In this document: in pieces, positions 18,048 through 31,328 of the stretch | Numbering within the stretch: position 1 is the first letter of the stretch | Layout: each line of letters starts with the position of its first letter | NCBI GenBank assembly: GCA_043803945.1 | Contig: JAZDJN010000095.1 | Location: 32,001 to 96,000 of the forward strand | Source of the DNA: a bacterium | Lineage (GTDB): Bacteria > Bacteroidota > Ignavibacteria > UBA10030 | Direction: 5' to 3' | Length of the DNA: 64,000 bases | The notes under the pieces: generated by a model | Database searches by the model: none | Told to the model about the DNA's origin: nothing | The model's input: the letters and a program-made list of their open reading frames with translations, nothing else | Made by a program: the position numbers and the translations under genes

Positions 18048-19208
18048 ATGAAAATACTAAAGCTTGTGTTTAAGAATGCTTTTCGCCACAAATTAAGGAC
18101 ATTCCTCACTGTTATAGGAATGGCAATCGCCGTGATGGCCTTTGGCTTGCTGCGCACTGTCGTTGCTATGTGGTATGTCGGCGTGGAGACTTCCGCTCCC
18201 AACCGGTTAATTACACGTCAGGCTGTTTCGTTCATCTTTCCGGTCCCCTACGCCTATCGCGAACAAATTGCAAAGATTCCGGGAATCGAGACGATAACGT
18301 ACGCCAACTGGTTTCAGGGCGTCTTTATCGACAAGAGCCAGTTCTTTGCACGACTCGCGGTTGATGCTGAGACAATTTTTGATGTCTACCCGGAGTTACT
18401 CCTTAAATTGGACGAATTGGAAGCATTTAAGCGGGAACGTAATTCCTGTATAGTCGGCAGTTCTCTTGCCAAGCAATACAACTTCAAGGTTGGTGATATT
18501 ATTCCCATTGAGGGCGACATTTATCCCGGTAAATGGGAGTTTGTTATCCGCGGAATCTATCAGCCGCGCGATAAAAACACCGACGCATCTCAAATGCTCT
18601 TTCACTGGAATTATCTTAATGAACGATTAAAGCAGGACTCCCCAGGTCGTGCCGGCGACGTGGGATGGTACATCATCAAGATTAAAGATCCATCACAGGC
18701 GGCAGCTATTTCTGAACAAGTGGATGCCCTCTTTAAAAACTCCCGCGCCGAAACAAAGACCGAAACCGAGCGGGCGTTCCAGCAGGGTTTTGTTTCGGGC
18801 TCCAGCTCAATCATCGCAGCAATGAACTTCATGGCATTCGTCATTATCGGCATTATAATGCTTGTGGTTGGCAACACCATGATTATGTCGGCACGCGAAC
18901 GCATCCGCGAATATGCTGTTTTCAAAACGCTTGGTTTCTCCGGCGGCCACCTCGCCGGGTTAATTCTGGGTGAATCGCTTGTTATCTCTTCACTCGGCGG
19001 CGGGCTGGGAATTTTATTGACCTACCCATTTGTTGCAGGTTTTGCTGCCGGTTTACCGAAAGGATTTTTTCCGATTTTTAACGTAACCCCGGAGACGGTT
19101 ATCCTTGCGGGGGCTTCCGCTCTTACCGTTGGTGTGCTGGCATCGCTCTTTCCTATTCAGCGCGCTCTCAGCACTAGAATTGTCGATGGGTTGCGGCACA
19201 TCGGGTAA
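18048..19208 (+). CDS. ABC transporter permease (FtsX/MacB-like)
   Basis: RHKLRTFLT, periplasmic domain, RERIREYAVFKTLGF. Confidence 0.92.
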   Translation: MKILKLVFKNAFRHKLRTFLTVIGMAIAVMAFGLLRTVVAMWYVGVETSAPNRLITRQAVSFIFPVPYAYREQIAKIPGIETITYANWFQGVFIDKSQFFARLAVDAETIFDVYPELLLKLDELEAFKRERNSCIVGSSLAKQYNFKVGDIIPIEGDIYPGKWEFVIRGIYQPRDKNTDASQMLFHWNYLNERLKQDSPGRAGDVGWYIIKIKDPSQAAAISEQVDALFKNSRAETKTETERAFQQGFVSGSSSIIAAMNFMAFVIIGIIMLVVGNTMIMSARERIREYAVFKTLGFSGGHLAGLILGESLVISSLGGGLGILLTYPFVAGFAAGLPKGFFPIFNVTPETVILAGASALTVGVLASLFPIQRALSTRIVDGLRHIG

Positions 19209-19284
19209 CAAATCATGAACACTCAACGAACAGTTGTTCAACATCCTTGTTTGTTTCTCAAGACCATTTGAATATACGAATCCT

Positions 19285-20454
19285 ATGAAGATCCCATTAA
19301 AATATTCCTTCAGAAATTTTCTAACCCGGCGATTAACCAACGCTGTAACGGTTATCGGTATCGCTCTTGTCGTTTTTGTCTTTGCGGCCGTACTTATGAT
19401 GGCCTATGGCATCAGGAAAACTCTGGTGGCAACCGGTTCGGCCGATAATGTTCTCATCGCACGAAAAGCTGCCAATGGTGAAATATCGAGCATTGTCAGC
19501 CGTGATGATTTCAACACAATCCTGACATTGCCACACGTTGCACGCACGGCAGAGGGCAAACCCCTTGTCACCAGTGATGTCGTTGTGATTATCAACCAGA
19601 ATAAATTCAGTGGGGGTATCAGCAACCTTACGGTTCGCGGTGTATCACCCGAGGCCTTTGCCGTTCGCTCCCAGGTTATTATGGCCGAGGGAAGAGCGTA
19701 CAACGCGGGGGCACGCGAAATCATCGTTGGTTCTGCGGTGCGAAAAACATTTTTAGGCACAAACCTTGGAGATGAGGTCACCCTGGGCGGAGACCGGTGG
19801 AAAATCGTCGGTGTATTTGATGCAGGCGGAAGCGGTTTCGACTCAGAGATGTGGTGCGATGTTGACCAACTCGCCGATGCGTTTAACCGACAGGGAGCTT
19901 ATTCAACAATAACGTTCAAGCTGGATCGGCCTGATTCCTTTGATGAACTGAAACGCGCGTTTGACAACGAACAACGCCTTCAACAATACGAGCCCAAGAT
20001 CGAACAACGATTCTTTGAAGAACAGTCAGAAGCAATGTCGCTCTTTATCTCCGCACTCGGGCTTTTCATCACCGTGATTTTTAGTGTGGGCGCTACGATA
20101 GGAGCAATGATTACGATGTATGCCGCTGTCGCCAACAGGACTGTAGAGATCGGGACATTACGTGCCCTTGGATTCCGGCGACGCAGCGTGCTTGCTTCAT
20201 TCCTGATGGAGTCTGTTCTCCTTGGGCTCATTGGCGGTTTGCTGGGTCTTGGGCTAGCTTCGTTCCTGCAATTTGTTTCTTTTTCAACGCTGAATTTTGG
20301 ATCGTTTTCGGAGCTCTCGTTTTCCTTCGCGCTCTCTCCGGCGATTATTCTTATTACCCTCTCTTTCGCACTCGCAATGGGTTTCTTCGGGGGCTTTCTG
20401 CCTGCGGTGAGAGCTGCACGTTTAAATATTGTTAACGCCTTGCGGTCATCGTAA
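19285..20454 (+). CDS. ABC transporter permease (FtsX/MacB-like)
   Basis: NRTVEIGTLRALGF, PAVRAARLNIVNALR. Confidence 0.92.
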   Translation: MKIPLKYSFRNFLTRRLTNAVTVIGIALVVFVFAAVLMMAYGIRKTLVATGSADNVLIARKAANGEISSIVSRDDFNTILTLPHVARTAEGKPLVTSDVVVIINQNKFSGGISNLTVRGVSPEAFAVRSQVIMAEGRAYNAGAREIIVGSAVRKTFLGTNLGDEVTLGGDRWKIVGVFDAGGSGFDSEMWCDVDQLADAFNRQGAYSTITFKLDRPDSFDELKRAFDNEQRLQQYEPKIEQRFFEEQSEAMSLFISALGLFITVIFSVGATIGAMITMYAAVANRTVEIGTLRALGFRRRSVLASFLMESVLLGLIGGLLGLGLASFLQFVSFSTLNFGSFSELSFSFALSPAIILITLSFALAMGFFGGFLPAVRAARLNIVNALRSS

Positions 20455-20491
20455 CCGGTTGCTTCACCAGGTTGCCCCTTGTATCAAAATA

Positions 20492-20540
20492 GAAAGTCCG
20501 GCATTGCATATCATACAACCTGACACCATGCCGGACTTTC
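20492..20540. terminator. Terminator between convergent genes
   Basis: GAAAGTCCGGCAT / ATGCCGGACTTTC followed by a T-rich tract. Confidence 0.7.
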
Positions 20541-20609
20541 GTTTTACTTTATCGAGGCTTGAAGAAGATGCCTATCGCCTTCTACAGGAACAATAGAGGG
20601 TTTGCTGGA

Positions 20610-20966
20610 TTATTTCGCTGATACCGCAATCCAGCCGCCGCCAATTGCATAAATCTTGGTGTCGCCCCAGGTTTTTACCTGTACCAGAAATCCGTCTCTC
20701 GAAACACTGATCGTCTTTACCTCATAGCGGAGGTTTTTTTCCTTATCGCAGTCGAGATAGTTGACTGCAACGATTACTTCTGGTTTCTGCTCAAAGGCTT
20801 TCGGGAATGTTACTTCGAGCTGAACTACGCGATCGCCGCTCTCCTTGTCGAGCGTATAATCCTTCAGGTTTTTATCAAACATATACCTGCCGCTTTGGAC
20901 TTGTTGTCCCAGGGCAACCATGGAGAATAAGACCGTCAACACTAGCACTACTGAAAATGTACGCAT
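20610..20966 (-). CDS. Secreted H-type lectin domain protein
   Basis: Signal peptide; VTFPKAFEQKPEVIVAVNYLD..NLR..VSRDGF..KTWGDTKIY..WIA matches the H-lectin pattern. Confidence 0.8.
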   Translation of the reverse strand: MRTFSVVLVLTVLFSMVALGQQVQSGRYMFDKNLKDYTLDKESGDRVVQLEVTFPKAFEQKPEVIVAVNYLDCDKEKNLRYEVKTISVSRDGFLVQVKTWGDTKIYAIGGGWIAVSAK

Positions 20967-21255
20967 AGAGACCCCCTTCTTATAGGTTAGGTGATGGTAG
21001 AATTCCAACATCTATGGTACATTTAAGATGTCAGATCCTTTTGCGAGAATATGAATTGTTTTCCTGTAAATCAAGTAACCTTGCATGGTATTTTGGAAAC
21101 GTACCGCCCAGACCCCTCCTCCCTGGCTAAATTTACCCATTAATGCTTACTCGACATTTCAGGTGCTGTAATTTCTGCAATCCCGCTCTTGTATCAATTT
21201 TCTGCTCTGCGTATCTTGCCTATAACTTGAAAATAATGGAAGAGTGCTCTGTCCT

Positions 21256-21476
21256 ATGTTCTGGCTCAAAATTATTAAAGATTTCATCAAGATTTTACGT
21301 GCCGGGCAAACACCCGCTCAAATTGCCGGCGGTTTTGCACTCGGTGCCATCGTCGGACTCTCACCAATGTTTACGCTCCAGGGGCTTGTCTTATTGAACA
21401 AGAAAAGAAAAAACAGACTGATTCGGAAAAGAAAAAGCTGGAAGACGCACTGAAGGGTTTATTCAAGAAGCAGTAG
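21256..21476 (+). pseudogene. Chimeric remnant: 5' end of a TIGR03546-like gene joined to the 3' end of a TIGR03545-like gene
   Basis: MFWLKIIKDFIKILRAGQTPAQIAGGFALGAIVGLSP up to about 21390, then in another frame LIEQEKKKQTDSEKKKLEDALKGLFKKQ*. Confidence 0.7.
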
Positions 21477-21492
21477 TACACATGGAGAATTC

Positions 21493-22065
21493 ATGGCAAA
21501 GAAAAAACAACACGTTCCGCCTGCAGGGCAGAATGCCCCCGGAGGGAAAAAAACCATTGTGTTTATCGGCATTGTGGTTGTTCTCGCCGTGGTGGTTGCC
21601 CTCGTCCTGTTTCGCCCGACACAACCATCTACAACAACCACATCAACAACCGGCCAAACTGCTGTGAAGCCCGATCACTCCTTCAAAAAACAGGGTGAGG
21701 TTCGCTTCGTCAACTCAAAAAAGGAGTTTATTACCGCCATCGATGTTGAGCTTGCCGAGACATCGGATAAGCGGCAACTGGGATTGATGTTTCGTGAATC
21801 GCTCGCAGAGAACCAGGGAATGTTGTTTGTTTTTGACCTTGAAGAAGTTCAATCGTTCTGGATGAAAAACACGCTTCTTTCGCTCGACATCATCTATGTC
21901 AATGCGGATTATGAGATCGTCTCTATTCACAAGAACACTGTCCCTCAATCGGAAGAGGCTTATGAGTCCGGGCGGCCGGCGCTCTATGTTGTTGAAGTGA
22001 ATGCCGGTTTCACCGACCGTCATGGAATCAAGGTTGGCGATTCAATGCGGTGGAGCAAGTTGTAG
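21493..22065 (+). CDS. DUF192 domain protein
   Basis: GLMFR, GMLFVF, FWMKNT, LDIIY, YVVEVNAG. Confidence 0.93.
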   Translation: MAKKKQHVPPAGQNAPGGKKTIVFIGIVVVLAVVVALVLFRPTQPSTTTTSTTGQTAVKPDHSFKKQGEVRFVNSKKEFITAIDVELAETSDKRQLGLMFRESLAENQGMLFVFDLEEVQSFWMKNTLLSLDIIYVNADYEIVSIHKNTVPQSEEAYESGRPALYVVEVNAGFTDRHGIKVGDSMRWSKL

Positions 22066-22105
22066 TCTGGTCTATTGGTATTTATTCGGGTTGGTCCATG
22101 CAGAA

Positions 22106-22141
22106 AAAAACCGGTCAAGCAAAAACGTTTGACCGGTTTTT
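22106..22141. terminator. Bidirectional terminator
   Basis: AAAAACCGGTCAA / TTGACCGGTTTTT between convergent genes. Confidence 0.85.
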
Positions 22142-22149
22142 CTTGGTGC

Positions 22150-24735
22150 TTATTTCTTTTTACTGCGTTTCTCTTTCTTGCTTTTCTCGTCCGTGTTCTT
22201 CTTGTTTTCCCTGGCCGCTGGTGGTGGCTGAGGCTCTTTTCCGTTTTTCAATCCATTTGATTTATTGTTGACCTCTTTATCTTTTTCGGCGAGCCGTTTA
22301 TCCTCTTCGTCCTCGGCAATAACAATGGCGATGTCGGCGACAATATCTTCTGTGTCAAGCCTGATCAATCGCACACCCTGGGTGTTCCTGCCTGCAACAC
22401 GAATATCGGAGGCATGCTGGCGGATAACCATTCCGCCTGTCGTCACCACAACAACGTCGTCCGTTTCAACGACCTCCTTGATGGCAACCATATTGCCCGT
22501 CTTGTCAGAAGTTTTGACGGTAATGATCCCTTTGCCGCCGCGATGACTAACCCGATACTCGTCCCCATCACTACGCTTTCCGTACCCTCGCTCTGTTGCG
22601 ACAAGAATTGATGTTCCTTTTCTCCGGAGCGTTACAACCCCCAATACTTTATCGTTTTTACCAAGCTTAATTCCGCGTACGCCGGCGGCTGTGCGCCCCA
22701 TCGGCCGTACTTCTTCTTCCTGGAAACGGATCGCAATTCCATTTTTCGTTCCCATGATAATGTCCTGGGTGCCATCGGTTAAGCGCGCCTCTTTCAGGCT
22801 GTCACCCTTCTTCAACGTCGTGGCAACAATACCCGACTTGCGGGGATTGCTGAACTCCGACAGCAGTACTTTCTTTACCAGGCCATGTTCTGTGACCATC
22901 AGGATGTAGTGTTTGTCGTCGAATTCTTTGACCGCCATAAACGCACTGATGTTCTCGTCCGGTGTTTTTCCGATTAGCGAGTTTATCGACTTGCCTTTTG
23001 CCGTCCGCCCGCTTTCAGGAATTTCGAAGACCTTCAGCCAGTAGCATCGGCCTGCATCGGTGAAGAACATAATGTAGTTGTGCGTACTGGCTATGAACAT
23101 GTGCTCCATGAAATCGTCTTCTTTGGTCGCCGCACCTGTTACTCCTTTTCCACCCCTCGATTGCCGTCTGTATCCGGAAACCGGGAATCGTTTGATATAT
23201 CCCTGATGGCTGATGGTAATGACGACTTCCTCTTCTGCGATCATGTCTTCTATTCTGAACTCTTCCGCTTTATACACTATTTCTGTCCGCCGTTCATCGC
23301 CATACTTCTTCTTCTGTTCAACAAGCTCTTCTTCGATGATTCTCATTTGCAGTTGCTTGCTCTTCAGGATCGCCTTCATCTTCTCGATAAACTTTATGGT
23401 GTCGCGGTATTCATCCTCTACCTTCTTCCGCTCAAGGCCTGTAAGTTTCTGCAGGCGCATGTCGAGGATGGCTTTCGCCTGAATTTCAGACAACTTGAAT
23501 TTCTTCATCAATCCAAGTTTCGCCGACTCAACATCCTTTGACTGTTTGATGAGTTTAATAATGGCGTCGATATTATCCAGCGCGATAATGTAGCCTTCGA
23601 GGATATGTGCACGTTTCTCGGCTTCATCGAGTTCATGCTTCGTTCGACGGACAACAACCTTGTTGCGGTGAGAGATAAAGTTCTGGATAATTTCCCTCAG
23701 CGTTAGAACCCGCGGCCTGCCGTCAACAAGTGCAAGCATAATGATGCCGAAGGTTGTCTGCATCTGAGTGTGCTTGTAGAGGTTGTTGAGTACAACTTCC
23801 GCGTTTGCATCGCGTTTTAGTTCCACAACAACACGAAGGCCGTCACGGTCGGACTCATCCCGCACATCGGAAATGTCTTCGATCTTCTTTTCATTGACAA
23901 GGTCGGCAATTTTCTCAATGAGTCCCGCTTTGTTGACCATGTAAGGCAATTCGGAAACGATGATGCGCTGCCGGTCACTTTTTGTTGTTTCAATATTCGC
24001 TCTGGCCCGAACAAGAATTCTTCCCCTTCCTGTCGTATAGGCCTCTTTGACGCCTTCGTAGCCATAGATAATGCCGCCGGTGGGAAAATCGGGGGCAAGA
24101 ATATGCTTCATCAATTTTTCGTTGGTGATCTCTTCGTCCTTAATGTAGGCGAGGCAACCGTCAATGACTTCGTTCAAATTATGCGGCGGGATGTTTGTTG
24201 CCATGCCCACGGCGATTCCGCTGGCGCCGTTACAGAGAAGGTTGGGAAAGCGCGCGGGTAAAACTGATGGTTCTTTAAGCGTATCGTCGAAGTTCGGAAG
24301 AAAATCCACCGTATTTTTTTCGAGATCGCGAAGCATTTCCTCCGCAATACGAGAAAGCCGTGCCTCGGTATAACGCATTGCTGCTGGTGAATCGCCATCG
24401 ACCGATCCGAAGTTCCCCTGCCCATCAACAAGCGGATACCGCAAAGAAAAATCCTGCACCATGCGCACCATGCTGTCATACACGGCTGCATCACCATGGG
24501 GGTGGTATTTACCGAGCACCTCTCCAACGATGCGGGCGCTTTTCTTGTAGGACCTGCTGCTGGCAAGCCCAAGGTCCTGCATGCCAAACAGTACGCGGCG
24601 ATGGACGGGCTTCAATCCATCGCGGACATCGGGAAGCGCCCGTGCAACAATAACCGACATCGAGTAATCGATGTAGGAACCCTTCATCTCGTCTTCGATA
24701 TCAACAGGAATTATTTTTTCGTTTACCGTAGCCAT
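22150..24735 (-). CDS. gyrA: DNA gyrase subunit A
   Basis: [28 protein letters not shown], GyrA box QSRGGKG, C-terminal pinwheel repeats. Confidence 0.99.
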   Translation of the reverse strand: MATVNEKIIPVDIEDEMKGSYIDYSMSVIVARALPDVRDGLKPVHRRVLFGMQDLGLASSRSYKKSARIVGEVLGKYHPHGDAAVYDSMVRMVQDFSLRYPLVDGQGNFGSVDGDSPAAMRYTEARLSRIAEEMLRDLEKNTVDFLPNFDDTLKEPSVLPARFPNLLCNGASGIAVGMATNIPPHNLNEVIDGCLAYIKDEEITNEKLMKHILAPDFPTGGIIYGYEGVKEAYTTGRGRILVRARANIETTKSDRQRIIVSELPYMVNKAGLIEKIADLVNEKKIEDISDVRDESDRDGLRVVVELKRDANAEVVLNNLYKHTQMQTTFGIIMLALVDGRPRVLTLREIIQNFISHRNKVVVRRTKHELDEAEKRAHILEGYIIALDNIDAIIKLIKQSKDVESAKLGLMKKFKLSEIQAKAILDMRLQKLTGLERKKVEDEYRDTIKFIEKMKAILKSKQLQMRIIEEELVEQKKKYGDERRTEIVYKAEEFRIEDMIAEEEVVITISHQGYIKRFPVSGYRRQSRGGKGVTGAATKEDDFMEHMFIASTHNYIMFFTDAGRCYWLKVFEIPESGRTAKGKSINSLIGKTPDENISAFMAVKEFDDKHYILMVTEHGLVKKVLLSEFSNPRKSGIVATTLKKGDSLKEARLTDGTQDIIMGTKNGIAIRFQEEEVRPMGRTAAGVRGIKLGKNDKVLGVVTLRRKGTSILVATERGYGKRSDGDEYRVSHRGGKGIITVKTSDKTGNMVAIKEVVETDDVVVVTTGGMVIRQHASDIRVAGRNTQGVRLIRLDTEDIVADIAIVIAEDEEDKRLAEKDKEVNNKSNGLKNGKEPQPPPAARENKKNTDEKSKKEKRSKKK

Positions 24736-24776
24736 CTTTTTCTTTCTGTTGTTGACAGGCTTAATCGACTATTGTG

Positions 24777-26849
<2,073 letters not shown>

Positions 26850-26866
26850 GCTTCTGCTTTCTCTTT

Positions 26867-27151
26867 CTATTGAAACCGAATGTCTTTTACAACTTCTTCA
26901 TGCAGATGATTGTTTATTTTTTCGATGATTTCCTTTTTCCTCATCACAAGCTCGTTGCGCCATACACTATTTGATACGGCAATGTAGAGCACTCCTTTAA
27001 CAATTTTTGTGGCCGTGGTGACGGCTGCTATATTCTGTCCAACAATATGCTCCCATTGGATAACGGCATCATACTCCTGGAGTTTCTTTTGTATTCCAAG
27101 TGTTTGTGCCAGATCCTGAATAACGGCGCCAATAGGTCTAATGTGCGACAT
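26867..27151 (-). CDS. DUF721 / DciA family protein
   Basis: [26 protein letters not shown]; position between recF and gyrB. Confidence 0.88.
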   Translation of the reverse strand: MSHIRPIGAVIQDLAQTLGIQKKLQEYDAVIQWEHIVGQNIAAVTTATKIVKGVLYIAVSNSVWRNELVMRKKEIIEKINNHLHEEVVKDIRFQ

Positions 27152-28286
27152 CGCTGCAAACCTTTCCGACCGATCCTCCCGAGACAACGATGCGCTTGTT
27201 ATGGTTTTTTCCATCAAAATGATTATTCAGAAAACTGTCTGTCGTCGAGGTAATAAACGATTGTCCAAGAGATTCTACAACTTCGAGCAATCGATACGAC
27301 CGTTGAGGGTCGAGTTCACTGAAGACGTCATCGAGCAGCAAGATAGGCGCTTCCCGGCACTTTTCCTGAAGGAAATAAAACTCTGCTATTTTCAGTGCAA
27401 CCAACAGCGTTTTGTGCTGGCCCTGCGAGGCAAACTTTCTCATCGGTTTTTCATTGATAGCAAACTCAACGTCGTCACGATGTGGCCCGACAAGTGTCAG
27501 ACCGAGTTTATATTCGCGTGCGGATGCAACTTCCAGTTGTCTTAGAATCTGTTCTTGCATGACCTTTTGCGACTCTGTTTCGATTCCCGTTACCGATGGC
27601 AAATATGTTAACGACGGCTTTTCTTCTTTGCCGGCTATTCTGTTGTACGCGTGTACGACGTGCGGTTTAAATTCGATGAGAAAATCTCTTCTCCGCAGGA
27701 TGAGCGTCGCACCGCTTACAGCAAGTGCTTCATTCCAGGGTTCGATCAACTCTCTATTTCTCGTTCCTTTCTGTTTTTCATCAAAGAGGATTCTGTTCCG
27801 TTGTTTTAGAATCCGCCTATATTCAATAAGGTTTTCTAAATACAGTTTGCTTGACTGACAAATCACAAAATCCAGAAAACTTCTACGCTCAGCAGGCCCT
27901 CCCATTGTTATGGATATCATTTCAGGAGAACTGGCAACAACGGGAAACCGGCCTACAATTTCGGAAGCTTTCTTAAGAATAATATTGTTAATGGAAATTG
28001 TTTTCTCGTGAGCATCGTTGTTATACAAGGCAATGATCTTATAAGAAACCGATCCATCTCTTTCCGCTCTTCCTTCGACGGAGAAACTACTTTTCCCATA
28101 CTGTACTATTGTTTCATCACTGCTCGATAAAAAACTTTTTGTCAGGCAGAGATAGGAAATAGATTCCAGAATACTTGTTTTTCCCTCACCGTTTCCACCG
28201 ACAAATAAATTGAGATGTTCAGAACATTCAATATGTGTCAACGTATGATTGCGAAAATTTTGTAGTGCTAACGTATGGATTTTCAT
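27138..28286 (-). CDS. recF: DNA replication/repair protein RecF
   Basis: NFRN, GGNGEGKT, GPHRDD, ASQGQ, LLLDDVFSELD. Confidence 0.97.
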   Translation of the reverse strand: MKIHTLALQNFRNHTLTHIECSEHLNLFVGGNGEGKTSILESISYLCLTKSFLSSSDETIVQYGKSSFSVEGRAERDGSVSYKIIALYNNDAHEKTISINNIILKKASEIVGRFPVVASSPEMISITMGGPAERRSFLDFVICQSSKLYLENLIEYRRILKQRNRILFDEKQKGTRNRELIEPWNEALAVSGATLILRRRDFLIEFKPHVVHAYNRIAGKEEKPSLTYLPSVTGIETESQKVMQEQILRQLEVASAREYKLGLTLVGPHRDDVEFAINEKPMRKFASQGQHKTLLVALKIAEFYFLQEKCREAPILLLDDVFSELDPQRSYRLLEVVESLGQSFITSTTDSFLNNHFDGKNHNKRIVVSGGSVGKVCSDVAH

Positions 28287-28310
28287 AGCAGAGAGACTTA
28301 TTTACAAAGC

Positions 28311-28336
28311 GATAGCCCCGCAGAGCCGGGGCTATC
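28311..28336. terminator. Stem-loop between dnaN and recF
   Basis: GATAGCCCCG / CGGGGCTATC. Confidence 0.55.
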
Positions 28337-28370
28337 TCGAAAGATTCATTCATTCCCATGCGAACAACTA

Positions 28371-29486
28371 TTATGTATTAAGCCTCATCGGCATAACCAA
28401 CATGAGAATATCTTCTCCCTGTCTCTGTTGCTCAGGGGAGATAATTGCCGCACGAATTGCGCTGCTCAGATTAAATCTTACCTCATCAGAATCGATGTGT
28501 GAGAGTATGTCGATTATATAGGTTGAATTGAACCCTATATCAACATCCTCATTATCATATCGGCAGCCGATCTTCTCCTTTGCTTCTCCTCCAAAATCTA
28601 TGTCTTCTGCAGAAACTCTCAACTCATTTTTCTTGATCGAACATCGTATCTGGTGTGTGGTTGAACTTGAATACAGGGAAACACGCCGAATAGACGAAAG
28701 AAGAAGTTCCCGGTCGACTATTAATACTTTTTCGTTATCGAGCGGGATGACCGATTCATAGTTTGGATAGGCTTCTTCTATGAGCCGCGTTGTCAGTGTC
28801 GTTGTCCCAAACGCAAACTGGATGTTTGAAGCCCCCATGGCAATGGTGATTTCTCCTTCGTCAATCGATTTCATAACCAAGATCATTGCTTTTGATGGAA
28901 TAACAACATCTTTTGTAAAAAGGGCATTCTTAATAGATGAATGCTGAAACCGGACAAGGCGGTGGCCATCTGTACCTACAACCCTAAATTCACCTTCCTT
29001 TATTTGAAGAAGAATACCCGTCATTGCTGGCCGTAATTCATCGGTGCTGACAGAGAAAATTGTTTTTCCAATGATGCGTCGTAAAACATCCCCCTTGATA
29101 GAAAGAGTTTCTTCCGGCTTGAATTGTGGAATAGCCGGAAATTCCGAACTCGATTCCCCCATGAGAATATACTCACCTGTCTCAGTCATCATCTTAATCT
29201 TGTTTGTCGAAGACTCTGTAGCCACGTGGAGCTGCACATCAGGAAGAGCTCGTATCGTATCAATAAGCCTCTTAGCGGGGATTGCGATCGATCCATCCTC
29301 CGCACCCTTTACATCAATTGAGGTTGTAATGGATGCTTCTAAATCTGTTGCAGTAAGATGAAGGGTATTTTTAGAGAGTGTAAAAAGAATATTTTCGAGA
29401 ATAGGAAGCGTCGATTTTGAAGGTACAACAGCTGTTATTTTTGAGAGTACCCGCTGGAGTTCACTACACAAAACAGAAAATTTCAT
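28371..29486 (-). CDS. dnaN: DNA polymerase III beta clamp
   Basis: ATDLE, TDGHRL, YPNYESVIP, IGFN, LVMPMRL. Confidence 0.98.
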   Translation of the reverse strand: MKFSVLCSELQRVLSKITAVVPSKSTLPILENILFTLSKNTLHLTATDLEASITTSIDVKGAEDGSIAIPAKRLIDTIRALPDVQLHVATESSTNKIKMMTETGEYILMGESSSEFPAIPQFKPEETLSIKGDVLRRIIGKTIFSVSTDELRPAMTGILLQIKEGEFRVVGTDGHRLVRFQHSSIKNALFTKDVVIPSKAMILVMKSIDEGEITIAMGASNIQFAFGTTTLTTRLIEEAYPNYESVIPLDNEKVLIVDRELLLSSIRRVSLYSSSTTHQIRCSIKKNELRVSAEDIDFGGEAKEKIGCRYDNEDVDIGFNSTYIIDILSHIDSDEVRFNLSSAIRAAIISPEQQRQGEDILMLVMPMRLNT

Positions 29487-29559
29487 TTATTTCTCCTTCT
29501 TCAAGAGGAAACTTTTCGCTGGAGGGTTATCTGTAAGATATTAAAACTTTGAGAGAGAA

Positions 29560-29826
29560 ACAATTCTGGTATAAGTGATATATAATAGTATTTATATATC
29601 ATGAATTAAGAAAAAGATAGTAATTATAATAATAATGTTGATATGTTAATTTCTTTTGAAAAGAAAAGAAAAGATAATACAATTTTCATTTTTATTTTGT
29701 GAACTGACTGTTGATAAACATCTTCTAACTCTTTCTAATATTTTTGAAGGATGAGAACTTTACTATAAGGAGCAGTTAAGAACAGTCTATCAACAATTGT
29801 TCACAACATAATAAACAAGTTATTCC
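29560..29826. promoter_or_regulatory. oriC, dnaA-dnaN part: AT-rich unwinding element and DnaA boxes
   Basis: Very AT-rich 29575-29700; TAG/TAA trinucleotide run abutting TGTTGATAT (29636); TGTTGATAA 29709, CTATCAACA 29787, TTGTTCACA 29797. Confidence 0.75.
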
Positions 29827-31281
29827 CTAGCGACCATTTATCGATAATCGGCGACGAAGCAATTCTATGTTTTGTTTGAATGACTGGTCCGTTTTAGCTC
29901 GTTCGTCGACTGATTGAATAGAATGGATAACAGTACTGTGATCTCTGCCTCCAAAATGGAGTCCAACAGTTTTTAGAGAGGAATGGGTCAATTCCTTTGC
30001 AAGATACATGGCAACCTGGCGAGCCGTAACGACCTCCTGTTTTCTGGTCTTAGCCCGCAGAAGATCTTCAGGGATATCGAAAAATTCACACACTGTCTTC
30101 TGAATCAGGTCAATTGTAACGGGGGATCTTTTATCGCTTACGACAACGCGGAGCACATCCTTTGCCAAATCGAGGTTTATTTCCCTGTTGTCAAGAGAAG
30201 AATGGGCTATAAGACTTATTAAGCATCCTTCCAACTCTCGCACATTGCTTGTGACATTCGTGGCAATAAAATCAATAACGTCCTGAGGGAGTTCGACACC
30301 GCTGTCGGTACTTTTTTTCTGGAGGATAGCGAGGCGTGTTTCAAAATCAGGAGGCTGAATATCTGCCGTCAAGCCGCTCTGAAAACGGGATATCAGACGT
30401 TCATCAAGCCCCTTGAGTTCTTTTGGAGGGACATCAGACGAGAGTACAATTTGTTTGCCGAGTTGATACAGGGTATTAAATGTATGAAAAAAATTATCCT
30501 GGGTCTTTTCTTTTCCTGCAAAGAACTGAATATCATCGAGGATAAGAAGATCCATGCCACGATAAAAATGAGAAAATTCATTCACCTTGTCTGACTGAAT
30601 AGACTCAACAAATTCAATTGTGAATTTCTCGCTTGAGACGTAAATACCTTTTTTTACCGAACCAAGTTTTAACGACTGGTTTCCAAGGGCATGCATAAGG
30701 TGTGTTTTTCCCAAACCGGTACCGCCATAAATTACCAAAGGATTAAAAGATGTTCCCCCCGGGTTATTCGCTACCGCCATTGCCGCTGCCCGAGCAAGTT
30801 GATTGCTATCGCCTTTAATGAAATTTTCAAAGGTATATTTCGAATTTAAATTACTGTGTGCAATTGAAAATTCGGATTGTCGTGAAGAAATTGATGGCGG
30901 GGAAAAACCGTTGTAATTTGAAAAAGGAGCACCGCCGGAATGCATCCGTTGCGGATTGGGAGAAAAGGGTAAACTCCTTTGAGCCTCTTCCTCAGGCTCT
31001 TCTGCCGAAACGGCATAGAACAACTTGGCCTCAGGTCCAAGGACAGAGGTAATAACATCCCTAATCAGCGAGTTATAATGCTGGTCAATCCAATCGTAAA
31101 AGAATTGATTGGGAACTTGCACGGTAAGTTCTTGATCAATCAGCTTCAAAGGAACCATGGGTTGAAACCATGTCTTAAAGCTAAGACTTGTAACTTTTGT
31201 CTGAATGACAGAAAGGCATTGGTTCCAGACCTCGTTTGCCGGGCTATTCAGATTAGGATGTTGTTGAGTATCTCTCTTCAT
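29827..31281 (-). CDS. dnaA: Chromosomal replication initiator DnaA
   Basis: NPLVIYGGTGLGKTH, DDIQF, RLISRF, NVRELEG, FGGRDHSTVIH. Confidence 0.99.
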   Translation of the reverse strand: MKRDTQQHPNLNSPANEVWNQCLSVIQTKVTSLSFKTWFQPMVPLKLIDQELTVQVPNQFFYDWIDQHYNSLIRDVITSVLGPEAKLFYAVSAEEPEEEAQRSLPFSPNPQRMHSGGAPFSNYNGFSPPSISSRQSEFSIAHSNLNSKYTFENFIKGDSNQLARAAAMAVANNPGGTSFNPLVIYGGTGLGKTHLMHALGNQSLKLGSVKKGIYVSSEKFTIEFVESIQSDKVNEFSHFYRGMDLLILDDIQFFAGKEKTQDNFFHTFNTLYQLGKQIVLSSDVPPKELKGLDERLISRFQSGLTADIQPPDFETRLAILQKKSTDSGVELPQDVIDFIATNVTSNVRELEGCLISLIAHSSLDNREINLDLAKDVLRVVVSDKRSPVTIDLIQKTVCEFFDIPEDLLRAKTRKQEVVTARQVAMYLAKELTHSSLKTVGLHFGGRDHSTVIHSIQSVDERAKTDQSFKQNIELLRRRLSINGR

Positions 31282-31328
31282 TGAAATTCATATCATATTA
31301 GCAGGGATAACCGCAAGAAACAGACAAC

